NCBI RefSeq assembly: GCF_052425735.1
Contig: NC_135758.1
Coordinates: 7,068,001 to 7,132,000, forward strand
Source of the DNA: Oculina patagonica
Lineage: Eukaryota
Length of the DNA: 64,000 bases
Reading direction: 5' to 3'
Below the pieces are notes generated by a model. That model searched no databases. It saw nothing but the letters and a program-made list of their open reading frames with translations, and was not told where the DNA came from. This document shows positions 52,203 to 64,000 of the stretch, in pieces (positions within the stretch are counted from its first letter, which is position 1; every line of letters begins with the position of its first letter). The translations under genes and the position numbers were made by a program.

Positions 52203-55200
52203 GATTCAATGTAGTTACACTTGACTAAGTATACTTTTAGATGTAAAAAAAAAAATAACAAGGGTGCTACTGCTATAGTTGGACTGTAGTAACAACTAGT
52301 AAATATTCGTATTTACACTTGTGAACTTTTAAGGGAAGATTATTTAAGAAACACAAATGCGCGATGAAGAAGAGGAAAACTGTTCGATCACAAATTTACC
52401 TTTTTCTTCTTCGCATTGCTCAGTTTAAAAGTTACTATTGTCTTGTAAGGGTCCATGACAAAAACAATGTGATTCTCATTATTTACAGACCTCTACTAAT
52501 GAAGCAAATATAATGGAGAAAAATAGTTAAAAGGTTATAACTGTAGGTAAGCATGAGGTGCTATTAAAAAATTAATTGGGAAAAATGTTTTCTTTGTCTG
52601 CTGTCGTTTTTGAACAGTTTAATTCTCACAGAAACCCATAAGGGCTGAAACGTATAACTCCCTATGATTCGTATTGTACAAATCACAAGAAAGAACTTAG
52701 CCAATCAAAATTGCAATATTCTGGATTAAATTCACAGCGCGCGCCAGCTCGTGCTAAATGGCGCAATCTGTGTTTTTGAACAAGCTTGGTTGAATAAAGT
52801 TAAATTTGGTCAAATTCTTTCAATTCTATTACATCGTCATTTAGTGGGCTGGCAAAACTGAATACACGAACGAGCGTTTTTCAACCCCTTATGAGTTTCT
52901 GATTCCCATGAATAATCACCTTGTATCTTCTCTCTCCTTAGAATGTTGATTCTCTCTCAAACAATCTTTTGATGCGACTAAGAAACAAAAATTATCCACT
53001 ACACTCTGCAAAGGGAAGCGTGAAACTCGAGTAAGAGATTACTAGTAAGGATAGTTGATTTGTCAAGCTAAGGAATGAAAGGATATGAGTCAAAACTAAA
53101 CAGTAAAAACGAACACCAACGAGCTTCTATGTATGAACTAATCATAACTAATTAAATTCTCGATTGTGATTGGTTTTTAGCACACCATGCCAAATTGGCG
53201 TGCGCGCAGTGTCCAGTAACAACGTGTCTAATTACAAGGTGTCCAATAACAAGGTTCGCGTGCTGCACATGGGCGCGCTATTTATTGGGTTCCTTATTGT
53301 GACTGAATACTCCATGGTATTCCTGAAACCTTCAGTTTTTAAAATGGCTTTTTTTGTTATGGGAAGGATAAATCCTCAACAGGATTTGCAATTTTTCCTC
53401 GAATTTTGCTATATTTATGATTAATTGGTAACATGACTTAATGTCGTCCAATCCTTTCTGTAATCGCATTCGTGATTAAACAACGGTCGTACGATTTTGT
53501 TAATTACTCGCATGATTACAGTCCAAATTGGACTTCACTCAGTTCTTATTACCATTATTTGTACGTTTTTTTTTTCTTTTCAGCACTTGTGCCAATACTA
53601 CCTACAAGGGGTCCAGAATGAAAAATGCTAGCATCACATTCACCAAACTTCTTTTACTGCTACACGTATTTGCCAAACTTAAACCAAGCTCCTACAAATG
53701 CCAAGCAACACTCTCTCGATAGTTGCAAATTTTGATTTTGTTTTACCAATCTTTCTGTCATTTTTTGCCCCTTGTGACCATCTCTCACTTTTTTCTTTTC
53801 CTTTTTTATATCTACTCTACTCCCTTTCGGCCAGGAAATGTTTTAAGCTTAAGATTCAGTCTGCATACGCAGTTCAGAGTAAGGACAATAGTCCTTACTC
53901 ATTATTTACTTTAACTAATAAGTTATGTTAGCCCAAGGATGAGGGTGAATAAGCCCCTTCTCTAATACCCGCCCCCACCCCCACTCAAAGTTATTTTTAT
54001 ACTGAAGTCTTCCGCTCTATAGTTTTTTTTGTCGGTAAATCACTCTCCAGCCTGCACATGGTTTCTTTCGTTTTATTCCTCTTGCCTTAGGAGCCAAGTT
54101 TGAACTTTCATGTTTCATAACTTGCCTTGTCATCGGGGTAATGGAGTTAGATAGAGAAATTAAAACAATCCAGTTACGAAAAAGGATCAGTATGAAGTGG
54201 TTTGTCAGTGACAGTAAACTGAATAAACTTAAACTTTCTTTCTAACAGGCTTAGTAATCTTGTTTTAAGAAATTTAACGTCGAGGCCAAGCATGAACATT
54301 TAGCACCAGATAAGAGCTTTAAAAATAGTCGAACGTCTCCTCAAAGTTGCAGTAACAGATCGTATATTTACTCCTCCTCCTCCCCCCCCCCCACCCCTCC
54401 CACCCTAGTCCAGCATCAACTCCTTCCCAGGGTTTTTCAGGCGTATCAGAAATGCCCTAACTGTCTGTTGAGTACTGTTTTATGGTTATCTTGCGAGCAT
54501 TTGGCAGTTTGGCGAGAATTTTACCTGAGTTCACAAGTCGACTCAGCGTCCAACGCAGACGATTTTTGGGCTCGCCAAACACTTTTTCCCCCAGTTAATA
54601 GGAAGTTTAAGCAACCACTACCGCGACGCCGAGGATCGCCGAGCACAACGTCGATTTAAAAGTGAATTAATATTTTACTGAAAATTTTCGCGATTATCGA
54701 AGTCAAATAAGTCTTTCTTTCGGTGTCAGTTGTAACCTCAGCTCATCATGTTGAGACAATTTTCGAGTACAAACTTAAAAAAAAAAATCCGAAATCGTTT
54801 TGCAGAGTTGTAGAATTTGTACTTTTGGTCTCATCTACATGGGATCGTCTGGAATTTAGGTCTTAAATTGCTGCTATGACGCCGCGCCTCGGAAACAACA
54901 GAGGCAACCAGACACAAGGACGCATGGAAAGACAGACAGACAGACAGACACTGAAAGCAAGCGGGCAGACTCGAAACCCACCTACTGACCGAACAAAATA
55001 CGCATACGTAAGCCCATGTAATATTTTTAATGGTGTTTATTGTGAAAACTACTTTATAGTGCAATGCAAAATACAACCAAAAGAAAGAAGAAATAGATCT
55101 GTCCATGGTTTTTGGGAGCCGCCATCTTGCTTCGCTTCGCCTCTACAGTTTATAAACGTAAAGAAAACTTGGAAAGGAAAAACCCTCTGGGACCAGGGTA

Positions 55201-55711
55201 TGTAAGGCTGGATCAATCCTTTGTACTTGTTGCGTTGGCCTGTCTGACCTGTTTGAGTTCAACGAACTTGAGCGGTGTCAAAATTTGTAAAATCTCCCAT
55301 CAATTTTAGGAATCAGCCTGGCCAGTTGGTATCAAAAATAAAGACCTCTGGGAGTTGACGAGTCAAGAAATGATGGAAACGCAATTCAAAGGAAAATGCG
55401 GAAGTAGATAGAACATACATCACAAAAACCTCAAGAGAATTTGCTTAAGCAACGCCTCTTCAGAAATCCGTTTTAAAGTCGGCCAAAATTAGATTTTGTC
55501 GAGATAACCTCCCTATCAAGATGGCGCCCAAAATACGTGGAAAGATCTTTTTCAACGCTCTCAAGAAAAGAAGAAAAACACGAAACATTTCGTGATAAGA
55601 TGTGCAGAGTACAAAATACTCTTTCATGAACACCACTTAAAATCGTCAGTCCGGTTTGAAACTTGTTTTCGTCAAATCCATGTTTTGTCGTCACTGCTCC
55701 TCCTGGCAACC

Positions 55712-56063
55712 TCACTTGGGAACAATTGGCTTTCCCTTAGCATCATGGCTAAATGGGCAGACATGCGCGTTAAAAGGGCATTTTCCCTTTTCCTCCTGCT
55801 CTCTCTCGTTGACTTTGAGAAGCTTTTCGAAGAACTGCCCGTAAGCTTTTTTTCCCTTGCAGTTATCTCGCATCTGAGTCATCTTCTCCACGAAATCGCC
55901 AACGCTCAAGATTGCAGTTTTTGAATGGGCAGCCTCCCCTGAAAGCAGGGCACTTGGCAGCCAGACCTTTGCACTCGGTAACAAGGCCAGCGTATGGACA
56001 GACGCCTTTGCCAAAAGCTGGACACTTCATCATCACGTCGTCTAAGGTGACGCCCATGGGGGT
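55712..56063 (-). CDS. Cys-Pro-rich module 2 (terminal exon; frameshift at about 55910-55913)
   Basis: Acceptor ttttttcccaag, then TPMGVTLDDVMMKCPAF...GCPFKNC, a shift, then LSVGDFVEKMTQMRDNCKG...KCPFNAHVCPFSHDAKGKPIVPK*. Collinear with module 1. Confidence 0.75.
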
Positions 56064-56565
56064 CTTGGGAAAAAATGAAATAAATTCTTTAAATCAAAGA
56101 AAGTTAGAAATAGACCACCAATTTACAGTTTGTACCGAACATAAATCAAACTCAAGCCTTGTAAATTGTTTCTAGTAGGTTGAATTCTTCCGAGAAAATT
56201 ACCTACAGTTGCCTTTAACCTTCGCTATTTCTTTTTTGTAATATAAAGATTGAAGCACATATTCTAGCCCACTCTCGCTGTCAAATTTTACGCATAATCA
56301 TATATATAAATATAATTATCCCATTTTCAAAACGCTTCCACATTCTTTATACACTTCACATTGATGCATTAATTTTGATCTGCTCTTCATACTTCTAAAA
56401 AACAAGAAATCGGTAATGCAAATCATTTTAGGTCATTCCTGCAATGAGCCTGCACTGAAAATGTTTGTTATACTGTCATTGATTATCTTATAGGAATTTC
56501 AATTTTAAAATAAAAATTGGGGTCCTCGTCCTAACTGGTTTTAATTAGAAGCAATAGCACCTTGT

Positions 56566-56849
56566 ATAGAACAGTCTTCCCTTGGGTGCCAAAAGTGATT
56601 CGCGTTCGCTTTGGTTTTGCATTACTATGCTTACTGATTGGTCAAAAAACACCGCGCCACTTTCTCAACCAATCAGAAGTAAAACTAAAACTTAATGTGA
56701 CTCGCTCACACACGTTTCCCACGCTTCGTGCCAGCTACATGTATTTACTTTGAGTTTTGATTGGTTCTTTGAATTGTCTGTGTCCTTTGTGATTGGCCAA
56801 AGTGATTACTTTGGTTTTGGTTTTACGAGAGTCAATCAAAACTGCTCTA
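56566..56849. mobile_element. Diverged common MITE
   Basis: TAGAACAGTCTTC...AAAACTGCTCTA ends, with internal CCAATC/GATTGG motifs. Confidence 0.5.
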
Positions 56850-57384
56850 TACCCAAAAATTTCTTATTATAATGTCATCAAACCATCTACACGATTACTC
56901 GCAAAATTCACGTTTCTGGCGATTGTTTCTTATTCTACATATTTTACAGAAATACATATTTTACAGTTAAATATTCTACATATTTTACAGAAAGAAATTT
57001 AAACGAAGAGAAAAAAAGATGGGTCATTATTAATATCATTTACGAGAAAATGACGATTTTCCTCTCTGGTGCATAAAGAAAAAGCCACCATTCTTTAATG
57101 TGCGCGCGCTAAACACGCGTGATCGAAATTTTGCACAGTGCGGATGCGCAATGCAATACTAAGGAGTGACCTAAACCGTTTGTCACGCGCAACTGACCAA
57201 CCTCTTACTTCCTTATACTTCATCAAAATCAAAACAGTTACAAAAGTCATGAGAACTATGCAAATGATCACCATTGGGAAATTGGTATGATAGTTTATGA
57301 TATTTCCAACTGATACAGCGAGAAATATATGGAAACCGTGGGGCTTACATGTACAAGGTTAAAGAAGTAATAAATAAAGCATAC

Positions 57385-59487
57385 CAAGTATGGGCTTTCC
57401 ACTGGTATCTTTGGCAAACGGGCAGCCACCCTTAGTTTGAAAGAATGGACAAGCCGATCCAACGTCAACCTCCTTCTCTTTGGCAGTGTGGTGGATATCT
57501 CGGAGAAACTGCACGTAAGCAGCGTCACCCTTGCACTGGTCGCGCATCTGACCCAGCTTGTCTTCAAACTCTCCAACAGTTTGGCACCCTTTAAACGGAC
57601 AACCATTCTTGAATTCAGGACACTTGGCAGCCACGCCTTTCTTTTCATCCGGCAGATTGGAAAATGGGCAAACTTTCACGTTGTCTGCGAAGACGGGACA
57701 TTGTCGCTTGATGTCATCACGGGTCACAGAGCCTGGGTACTAAGGGAGAACAATATAGTTTAGTACTTAGTTCCACAGCGAAAACGGGATTGGGGCAACC
57801 TTATAAAGGGTCGAATTCATTGAAAGTTGTTAAGAGATTGATTGGTAACCAGTAAATGAATTGAATGAACAGTTTGTGGAGAAGAAAAGAAAGTAAACGC
57901 TAAATTAGTATTTTATTGCCATGTTATTTGGAATTTATTGTATTATTATTAAATCAAGCTTTTGTATATATATTTTGGATCGTTTAATTCCGAGATATGT
58001 ATCAATCAATCAATCAATATTAATGTCGTGTCTCTTGAGGCAGTCTTAATTGTTCGCTTCCATTGCCCCGTAGCAATCTCAGCTGCATGCTGGTTTGAAA
58101 TATTGTGGGGGGCCTTCTGTCTTAAACAATGGACTCACAGAAGGCCAGTCTTTAACAAAAAGATGTTTTGTGTGTGAATAGAGTTTGGTTTCGTGTTGAA
58201 GCTATTTATGATTTCATTGTTTTTTTAGATATCTGAATCAATCTACGCCATTCCAGAAATCAGTCTTTCAACCTTGGTGCATATTTCAACAACTTTTTTT
58301 TTCTGACGCGTGATATTAACGTAGCTTCCGACCAGCGTTAAGTCCGACTTTGACGAATCTCATTATAAAACGTGAATCAAAGTTACTTAACAACTATTAT
58401 TTTAACCGGAACATGAGAAACAGCTTTATCGACAACTTGTTTTAATTTTTAATAACTGGTACCTGCGTTATTTTACAAACAGTGTACAAATGGCGAATCG
58501 AAGCTTGCTTAACACTGCAAATTTCTCTCCTCTGAGTACACTCTTTTTTTTTATAAGAATACAGTTTTTCCGACCCAGGCTGAATATTCTTATTTTTCTG
58601 CCGATTTTAGGCTGAAAATATTCTTATGAACATTCTTAAAAAATACCGTTTGACATTATCCTTTTAGCAAGTATTGGGTAATCAATTACAAGTGTTTGGT
58701 GTCCAGATCTGTATCGTGTTACATTGTGCACATGTACCATTGCTTTTCGTTGCAGCCTCAGTGGCCGTTTTGGGTTTAAACAAAGCATTCCTCACAGAGA
58801 TAACGTGACGGAAATGAAAATACCTGATTTTCTTTTAGCTAATAACTGTCTTTTTTTCAAAATCTCAGCCTCGGGTTTATTCTTAAAATATTCTTAAAAA
58901 TTCGCAAATTTCATCCTCGATATTCTTATAAACTAGATTCTTATAAAATAAAAAGAGTGTAAGTTAGAAGGCAGGATTTCGAAGAGTGAGACAAATATAG
59001 AATATCGAAAATATGTGCTGTCCTCACAGCTGAAAGTTTAAGTAATAGTCCGTATTAAACCAGAATAACAAAACAACAAAATAAAAGAAATTAAAAGTAT
59101 TATTAATTACGAAGTTCAATTCCGCCCACCGTGCAAGTGGCGGCATTAACTTCGACAAGCCTTTGACAATTTCATATCGGTGTGCCTTTCGAAACTCAAT
59201 ACTTCATTTGCAGAGAAAAGAAGGCGGTACACTTTTACGCGACAGTGTAATAAAACTAGAAAAGGGCTAATGCCTCAAACTGACCATTGAGAAAAAAGCT
59301 GTTAAATTGCGCGGCAAAGTACCGCGAAAGCGTTTATTTTTGTTTGGCGTTAAAAAGGCGTTTCAAGATATTTATAAAGTATGCCAAAGTATTGTTACTG
59401 TCGCATTGAGTGCGCCCTTTCTTATTCCGGTTTTGCGCCTTATAAATGTGCCGGATGAAATTCACTTACTTGCTTTGAACAAGACAT
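57385..59487 (-). CDS. Uncharacterised Cys-Pro (CPxF/CPF) repeat protein: exon 1 and module 1
   Basis: Exon 59487-59470 is ATG TCT TGT TCA AAG CAA|gtaagt (MSCSKQ, phase 0). Acceptor ttctcccttag opens exon 57739-57385, YPGSVTRDDIKRQCPVF...CPF...CPEF..GCPF...CPFF...GCPFAKDTSGKPIL, ending at donor G|gtatgc. Without that donor the frame reads to a stop at 57359. Confidence 0.8.
58539..58959. mobile_element. Tc1/mariner-type MITE
   Basis: TA-CACTCTTTTTTTTTATAAGAAT...ATTCTTATAAAATAAAAAGAGTG-TA. An empty site is visible in the paralogous region at about 62975. Confidence 0.8.
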
Positions 59488-60236
59488 GTCGAGTATTAAA
59501 ACCTCTTCAAAATGTTACCGGGAAGTGGAACTCTCTCGTTGAGCAGTTGTAGTTCACTCTGTCACTGATCAACTAACACTGATGCTTCAATGCAACGGGA
59601 CAACTAAAATGTCAAGAAAATGACAGATCGTGATTGATAGATTTTTATCCTCGCAAATTAGGTAAGTGATACCAAGCCGTGAATAGAATATATGAAAACA
59701 AGATTTAATGGGGGGTCTGGATAGTCCTAGTCAAAACACAGCTTAATAATTAAAGCTTAATATACTGCAAAAAAAAAAAGGGAGTCACAATTTACAAACA
59801 CTTTCGCAGAAAAATGTGTTTAAATGTATCGTTATGTACGTATAAATTACACCACAAATTCTTGAAGTCTTTCTGTGACTGCAATTTTGGTATTTTTCGT
59901 ATAAGAACACTTCAGATATACATTAAAAATCGTCGTTAAAGTATAAAAACAATAAAATTGTTCCGTTGGGATGGAATGAAGGGTCCGTAAATCCACCATA
60001 GCGAGAGTCCATAAGTAGAGGAATTTGTTTCTGTAATCACCTTTGAAAGGACTAAGCTTCTTCCTGCTGTAACTGAGTGGGGTGTAAGTAAGGCGAAGGT
60101 GACTGTAATTTTACTTTGGAATCTATCTCTGACGGAACTAAGTTTATGGTCATTTGAGATGTAAAAAGAGATTCATACATTGAACATGTCTTCCCCAGAT
60201 TGACGTGTCGCCTCCAGTTTTCAAAAATAACGCCAA

Positions 60237-60506
60237 ATAACGCCTTTGCAATGACATCTGCAAATGGTTAGTTATTCTCGACTTCTCTGATAAGGACGAT
60301 AAGCCGTAGGCCCCGTCTCCTGCATCTTCAGTCAGTGTTATGGTTAGCAGGGGACGTAATAGAACCCATGCACACACTTATCGTAAAGAGTAAGGCATGG
60401 AGTTCCCGGTGCTGTGGTCTGGTCTTTGCCGATCGTGCTGTGTACTGATACTATATTAGCTGTACAAGCTACTCTGAAATCCGAGGGTAAAAAACATGAA
60501 GAAGAA

Positions 60507-60552
<46 letters not shown>

Positions 60553-60558
60553 ATGATG
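60237..60558 (+). mobile_element. 5'-truncated Deu/Nin-domain-like SINE ending in a (GAT)n microsatellite
   Basis: gataaggacgataagccgtaggccccgtct...ggacgtaatagaacccatgcac...aagagtaaggcatggagttcccggtg, then (GAT)n at about 60506-60558. Confidence 0.65.
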
Positions 60559-61693
60559 AACGGTAATAATCCGAAACCTATATAGAGTTTTCTCTATGTT
60601 ATTTCGCCAGTAATTTCTCAACTAGACAAAAACCGTCTACCACCAGTTGCAAGAAACTATTTTTAAAGTGTCGGCATAACAAAACTATGCATACACAGCC
60701 GCAACACAGCAGGCACATTTTTTTGGACAGAACACTCAGTCAGTGACTACAATAAAAGTGTCGAACTGTTTTCATTGATCAATTAAAAATCTCGGATAGG
60801 GGAGATATTTTAGTGCATTCATTCAAGGTTGTTTTCGTTTCTAAATACTGTGATATGTCATGTGAAATCCACATCTGAACAATCGCACAAAACCACTGAG
60901 TACAAGGTTCAAAGTTAAAAATATCGTTATATGATTAAGCATGTGCTTATTAGATTTTTGAGTCGCCTCCAATTTTGGGAAATCACTATTAAAAAATTCT
61001 TAATCCAGAACTGATGTAGAGTTTTCATAATCATATTTATCGTAAAGAGTAAGGCATGGAGTTCCCGGTGCTGTGGTCTGGTCTTTGCCGATCGTGCTGT
61101 GTACTGATACTATATTATACTGATACTATACTGATATCATGGTATATTTAGCACTATTTAGCTCAAAATAACTATTTTTAAAATGCTGGCAAAACAACAC
61201 AAATATTGTATTAGGTTATTATCATTATTTTTTATTATTATTATTATTATTTTTTTTTAACTAATTTAGGTGGAATACCTGTAAACTAGCTGGTGTGACA
61301 TTTCTGCAATGTCACACCTTATTGCTAAGCGTATGACACATTAAACGACTATTGTATTGTATTGTATTGTGATGAAAGCAAATAATAGTTAAAAGTTGAA
61401 GTTGAAAGTTATCACAAATAAAACAGAAGAAACAATAGGCCATTTTATTTTTTGAGAGGACACCCAGTCAATAAGTACAATAAATGTGTTACACTGTTTC
61501 ATGAACAATTACAAATATCGAAAAGGGGGCATATTTGAATGCATTTATTGAATATTGTTTTTGTTACCAAATACTGTGAAAAGAAGTTTTGTTACGATAT
61601 TAAAAACTGTCTTTAAACCGAAGAAAATCGCCGAAAGATATATAACTTACTGTACAACGATATTTAAATATCAAAGCTAATAAAGAAGGGAAC

Positions 61694-61911
61694 NNNNNNN
61701 NNNNNNNNNNNNNNNNNNNNNNNNNNNNNNNNNNNNNNNNNNNNNNNNNNNNNNNNNNNNNNNNNNNNNNNNNNNNNNNNNNNNNNNNNNNNNNNNNNNN
61801 NNNNNNNNNNNNNNNNNNNNNNNNNNNNNNNNNNNNNNNNNNNNNNNNNNNNNNNNNNNNNNNNNNNNNNNNNNNNNNNNNNNNNNNNNNNNNNNNNNNN
61901 NNNNNNNNNNN
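61694..61911. other. Assembly gap (218 N)
   Basis: Run of N. Confidence 0.99.
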
Positions 61912-63150
61912 CTGTTTTAAAGCAAATACATGCTTGAGGGCAGAGAGAAGACAAATTTTACCGCACAGGTTGTAGCTTAAAATATTAACCCCGTCGGCAT
62001 TAACCCTTCCTGCTCTTGTGAATTCATGGGTTGGTTTCATCTTAATCAAACTGAATGGTGCATCAAATGTCATTCTCTCCACTGAAATTCTTTATATAAA
62101 GCTTGCAAAGATCGTCCTGATAATAGAATAATATCAGGCTGGCTCCATTAATTCCCTTCAATTTTTGTGCTTATCAGAACTAATTAATTCTATAACGTGT
62201 GGCTCATGCTGTATTTCAAGTGTACTTATCGTAGGTGAATCTGGTTACAAAATTTGAATCAGGATTAGATGATATGATAAGGGAAAAAAGAAACCTCACT
62301 GCATGTTCGCCTATATTGTACCGGCATTAGACAGTTGGGTGTTCTGCCACTAGTAAAATTCTGAAGGGGTTTTGGGCTTAAATTATACATCGTAGTTCCG
62401 CAAAGATCACTTTCCGAATCCCTTAAAATTTCGTGTTCGTTTTTCAAATGCCAGGCACTGAAAAAAGTGACAAAGCTATTGAACTCAAATAGCTCTTTAT
62501 GAGTCTTTTAATGTGAGCATGCCGTACGGCACAAACACTGAAAGTTTAAACAACGTGCATGCAGACATAGCTGTATATGCTTACCGTTAAATTGAATGTA
62601 AAACCTGTCACAACTTTGCGGCCTTCAGTATTTAGGCTTCAATACAACTGATTTTTCTGATTTCCTACTGAACAACTTAAGCTGCTCTCAGTAACTCCAA
62701 GTGGGCTTTTGTCGTGTCCTTCCAACTTACCCGCTAGGCGGACGTGCATTCGCATTTCGACGCACTCTAAGCACGGGCAAATTACTATTTAGTAATAGAA
62801 ACGATTGAAAAGGTGTATAGGTTTTTACACCTAAAAAGTAAATTTTAATAACCAGAATTGGGACAAAATAAAATAACTCAAAATTCAATTCATAAGAAGA
62901 AGCTATATCAAGAACCATTCTTTTCACCAAACGGCGTCCACGATTTAAAGGAGTGTAAATTTTTCAGTCTCCCTAGAGTAAGCTAAAAAAGAGGATTTCG
63001 CGAAGTGTATATAACGAACAATAAAACTTAAATATCGAAAATATCTACAGTGAACAGACCTCACAGCTTAAAGCTTAGATCATTGTCCTTATAACTTACT
63101 GACCAGAATAAATTTGAAACAAATTGCAGTAAAAAAAGTAATATTAATTA

Positions 63151-63815
63151 TAAAGATCGATTCTACCTACCGTGAAAGTGGCGTGGTTAACTTCGACAAG
63201 CCGTTGACGATTTCATATGAGTGTGGTTCATTGCCTTTCGAACTCGATACTTCGTTTATAGAGAAAAGCAGACAATGCAATAAAGATAAATTCTGCCAGC
63301 CGTGAAAATGGCGTCGTTAACTTCGACAAGCCGTTGACGATTTCATATGAGAGTCGTTTATTGCCTTTCGAACTCAATACTCCGTTTATAGAGAAAAGCA
63401 GACAATGCAATAAAGATACATTCTACCTACCGTGAAAGTGGTGCCGTTTACTCCGACAACTTCGACAAGCCGTTGACGATTTCAGATGAGAGTCGTTCAT
63501 TGCCTTTCGCACCCAATACCTCGTTTATAGAGAAAAGCAAACAATGCAATAAAGATAAATTCTGCCTACCGTGAAAGTGGCGTGGTTAACTTCGACAAGC
63601 CGTTGACGATTTCATAATTATGAGAGTCGTTCATTGCCTTTCGAACTCAATACTTCGTTTATAGAGAAAAGCAGACAATGCAATAAAGATACATTCTACC
63701 TACCGTGAAAGTGGCGTCGTTAACTTCGTCGACAAGCCGTTGACGATTTCATATGAGTGTGGTTCATTGCTTTCGAACTCAATACTTCGTTTATCAAGAA
63801 AAGCAAACAGTGCAT
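63151..63815. repeat. Tandem array, five units of ~130 bp
   Basis: Unit aaagat..ttct.cc..ccgtgaaagtggcgt.gttaacttcgacaagccgttgacgatttc...gagaaaagcagacaatgcaat starts at about 63151, 63281, 63411, 63550 and 63684. A single-copy homolog lies at about 59105-59220. Confidence 0.92.
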
Positions 63816-63974
63816 TTTTACGGGAGTTTCGGCGTTTCGTTTAACGTTGAAAAGGCATTTCAAGATAAAGTATGGCCAACTATTGCTATTGTCTTATCAA
63901 ATGTGCCCTTTTATACACATGCCTTTAATTCCGAGTTTTGCGCCTTCTAAGTGTGCCAGATGAAATTCGCTTAC

Positions 63975-63992
63975 TTGCTTTGAACAAGACAT
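63975..63992 (-). CDS. Second copy of the MSCSKQ first exon of the Cys-Pro gene
   Basis: Identical 18 nt ATGTCTTGTTCAAAGCAA followed by gtaagc. The flanking intron 62950-63974 is homologous to about 58515-59469. Confidence 0.65.
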
Positions 63993-64000
63993 GTCGAGTG

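Noticed and set aside
55560-55714. Selenocysteine readthrough of the module 2 TGA (PK*GC)
   Set aside because: No convincing SECIS was found by eye, and homology to module 1 ends at GKPI.
51441-55913. Shared mechanism or programmed frameshifting, since both frameshifts contain AATC
   Set aside because: A 4-mer match is expected by chance. There is no canonical slippery heptamer or stimulator at either site.
59555-59590. Iron-responsive elements in the Cys-Pro gene 5' region (two CAGTGN on the minus strand)
   Set aside because: The flanking bases cannot form the 5-bp upper stem and bulged C required of an IRE.
63151-63815. CRISPR-like array
   Set aside because: Whole ~130-bp units repeat with no unique spacers, there are no cas genes, and the context is eukaryotic.

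Overview
AT-rich, intron-containing animal genomic DNA. The repeat landscape (V-, CORE- and Deu-like SINEs, Penelope, Academ, Kolobok and hAT elements) and the intronless GPCRs suggest a stony coral or related anthozoan (inference). Contents: (1) the 3' exons of VPS45 (17113-32275, +), with a class A GPCR nested antisense in one intron; (2) a second class A GPCR (39059-40318, -); (3) a near-identical second copy of 26476-43203 at 1-16445, ahead of a 500-N gap, most likely an uncollapsed haplotype; (4) a 4.4-kb Academ-type transposon with about 1.14-kb inverted arms, a CTA target-site duplication and a decayed nuclease domain; (5) a fibrinogen-domain (FReD) gene with three duplicated coiled-coil exons and a frameshift; (6) a gene I do not recognise, encoding two homologous modules that each carry six Cys-Pro motifs resembling heme-regulatory motifs, with a duplicated 6-codon first exon and a possible membrane-spanning linker exon. 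Item 6 is the best candidate for undescribed biology. All exon models were read by eye and no database search was run.
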